NCBI GenBank assembly: GCA_034658655.1
Contig: JAYEFQ010000004.1
Coordinates: 1 to 63,012 of the forward strand
Source of the DNA: Bacteroidota bacterium
GTDB taxonomy: Bacteria > Bacteroidota > Bacteroidia > Bacteroidales > ML635J-15
Length of the DNA: 63,012 bases
Reading direction: 5' to 3'
Numbering within the stretch: position 1 is the first letter of the stretch; every line of letters begins with the position of its first letter. The notes under the pieces were generated by a model. That model searched no databases. It was given only the letters and a program-made list of their open reading frames with translations, and was not told where the DNA came from. Of this stretch, positions 61,483-63,012 are shown piece by piece. A program made the translations under genes and the position numbers.

Positions 61483-62526
61483 TTGATAAACTATGTAAAG
61501 AAACTTGACGGGGTCAGGTGGAGTCAAAGCAAGAAATTTTGGTATATTAATAAGGAGGATTTTAAATTACAAACAGTTTATATGGTTTTGTACGAAAAGG
61601 CTTTTATTGATTATTCGTCTTTAAAAGACAAGACAAAACCAGTTGATTTGAAGGAAAAGAAAAAGGCTAAAGTAAAAACAAAAATAAATATCCCCCAAGC
61701 TTATTATGATGCTCTTGATATAAAACGTTATAGCGAAAGCACAAAAAAGACTTATATCAACTATTTTATTGATTTTGCAGGGTATTTTTCCAATAAGGTA
61801 TTGGAGGATATCAGTGTTGATGAAATAAATCAGTATATATTGGAGTTGATACGTGGCAATAACATTTCGTCCAGCCAGCAAAACCAATGGATCAATGCGA
61901 TAAAGTTTTATTATGAAAAAGTGTTGGGACGAGAAAAGGTATATGTTGATATTGAGAGGCCTAGAAGGAATTTGCCAAAGCCAAATATTCTTTCTGTTTC
62001 CGAAATAAAGCAGATGGTGGATTCTTCAAGTAATTTAAAGCATAAATGTATTATAAGTTTGTTGTATTCTGGTGGTTTAAGGAGAAGTGAGTTAGTGAAC
62101 CTAAGGATATCCGATATTTTGTCGGACCAAATGTTAATAAAAATACAACGGTCAAAAGGGAATAAAGACCGCTATGTTGGCTTGTCAAATTATTTGCTTA
62201 TGCTGTTAAAGGATTATTATAAGAAATACAGACCAATCGAATGGATTATCGAAGGGCAAGGAGGGGGGCAATACAGTGGCACTAGTATTTTAAAAGTTAT
62301 CAAGGCATCTGCAAAAAGAGCAGGGATAAATAGAAATGTAACCCCACATATGCTCAGGCATTCATTTGCCACGCACCACCTTGAAAGCGGGACAGACTTG
62401 CGATACATACAGGAATTTCTTGGACATAGCAGTCCGAAAACGACAGAGATTTACACCCATGTTGCAAAAACCGATTTTATAAAATTTAGAAACCCCCTTG
62501 ATAATATGTACGAAAATAGCAGCTAA
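61483..62526 (+). CDS. Tyrosine recombinase/integrase, possibly a pseudogene: the homologous frame extends upstream to about 61396 but is interrupted by TAG at 61468-61470
   Basis: Catalytic GGLRRSEL, HMLRHSFATHHL and LGHSSPKTTEIYTH. ORF-track start is TTG. The upstream in-frame sequence reads TFKPRIVLSNDTHRGAKIVSLKF-stop-YNQELINYVKKLDGVRWS. Confidence 0.8.
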   Translation: MINYVKKLDGVRWSQSKKFWYINKEDFKLQTVYMVLYEKAFIDYSSLKDKTKPVDLKEKKKAKVKTKINIPQAYYDALDIKRYSESTKKTYINYFIDFAGYFSNKVLEDISVDEINQYILELIRGNNISSSQQNQWINAIKFYYEKVLGREKVYVDIERPRRNLPKPNILSVSEIKQMVDSSSNLKHKCIISLLYSGGLRRSELVNLRISDILSDQMLIKIQRSKGNKDRYVGLSNYLLMLLKDYYKKYRPIEWIIEGQGGGQYSGTSILKVIKASAKRAGINRNVTPHMLRHSFATHHLESGTDLRYIQEFLGHSSPKTTEIYTHVAKTDFIKFRNPLDNMYENSS

Positions 62527-62530
62527 ATAA

Positions 62531-62577
62531 AAAGGTACGTTTATACATCCATTATGGCAGGGTAAACGTACCTTTTT
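62531..62577 (+). terminator. Rho-independent terminator after the integrase
   Basis: aaaggtacgttta at 62531-62543 pairs perfectly with taaacgtaccttt at 62563-62575, followed by tt. Confidence 0.8.
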
Positions 62578-62781
62578 GCAAGGCCAATGCAGAAATAAAC
62601 GTAATATTAACTTTACACGGATGTTAGGCACAAGCAAAACAGAGACCCACGAATGATAAATTTGCAACAAGAAAATAAGGAAAAGCCACCTCACATTTTA
62701 CACATTTATTTTTTTCCCAACACAAAATCCAACCCTAAAAAATAAAAGAGTAAAATCTATCCTTCACAAGGAAATAAATTG

Positions 62782-62803
62782 TAATTTTGACAATTATTGA
62801 CAA
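62782..62803 (+). promoter_or_regulatory. Putative -7 box TAATTTTG overlapping a TTGACAA direct repeat (candidate operator) upstream of the XRE gene
   Basis: TAATTTTG at 62782-62789. TTGACAA at 62787-62793 and at 62797-62803, 10 bp centre to centre. ATG at 62819. Confidence 0.4.
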
Positions 62804-62818
62804 GTCGCAAGAAAGACA

Positions 62819-63012
62819 ATGAAGAAATTAGGACAAGAACTTAGAAATATTAGAGAAAGCAAAAATATTTTACTTCGACAAGTTGCATCCTATCTTGAAA
62901 TTGATACTGCAATGATTAGTAAAATGGAGAGAGGGGAAAGAAAACTTAATAGAGTTCAAGTTGTAAAACTTGCAGAATATTACAATGTTTCACAAGAAAA
63001 ATTATTGACCTT
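62819..63012 (+). CDS. XRE-family helix-turn-helix transcriptional regulator (partial, runs off the right edge)
   Basis: MKKLGQELRNIRESKNILLRQVASYLEIDTAMISKMERGERKLN is a classic Cro/C1-type HTH. Confidence 0.8.
   Translation, partial: MKKLGQELRNIRESKNILLRQVASYLEIDTAMISKMERGERKLNRVQVVKLAEYYNVSQEKLLT

Overview
AT-rich chromosomal window with Bacteroidota-type gene content and promoter motifs (TTTG / TAnnTTTG), consisting mostly of core housekeeping genes. Minus-strand block at the left: DUF349 protein, TonB-dependent receptor, pyrG, yidC, ABC-F ATPase. Then trmD coupled to a second ABC-F, a beta-helix lipoprotein, an EEP nuclease/phosphatase, fba, two Na+-coupled transporters, a ComEA-like HhH protein and rpsU-recombinase-hpf. 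The centre holds the classical block tRNA-Thr/Tyr/Gly/Thr-tuf-tRNA-Trp-secE-nusG-rplKAJL-rpoBC. Further right: asnB, fumC, a hydrolase and pdxJ on the minus strand, then the envelope block CBS / BamA-like / nadK / two beta-barrel proteins / uppS-bamA-skp-skp-murI. That is followed by a tight five-gene operon with two kinase-less response regulators, htpG, a DUF4139 protein, and the start of an integrase + XRE island at the right edge. I do not see a complete, clearly novel multi-gene system. The most interesting signals are non-coding or degenerative. (1) A ~110-nt long-hairpin repeat occurs twice, once in a relic toxin-antitoxin scar at 17.2 kb and once just upstream of the integrase at 61.2 kb. 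(2) The integrase carries an in-frame TAG inside what I recall as a family-typical N-terminal domain. (3) A GAGGTTN heptamer array is split in phase by a 122-nt structured insert. Its core motif recurs at the centre of a ~180-bp MITE-like palindrome at 15.8 kb. (4) A textbook sigma-54 -24/-12 element sits upstream of htpG. (5) A receiver domain is tethered by a C-terminal TM helix, in an operon with an orphan LytTR regulator. All functional calls come from reading motifs in the supplied translations; no database search was possible.
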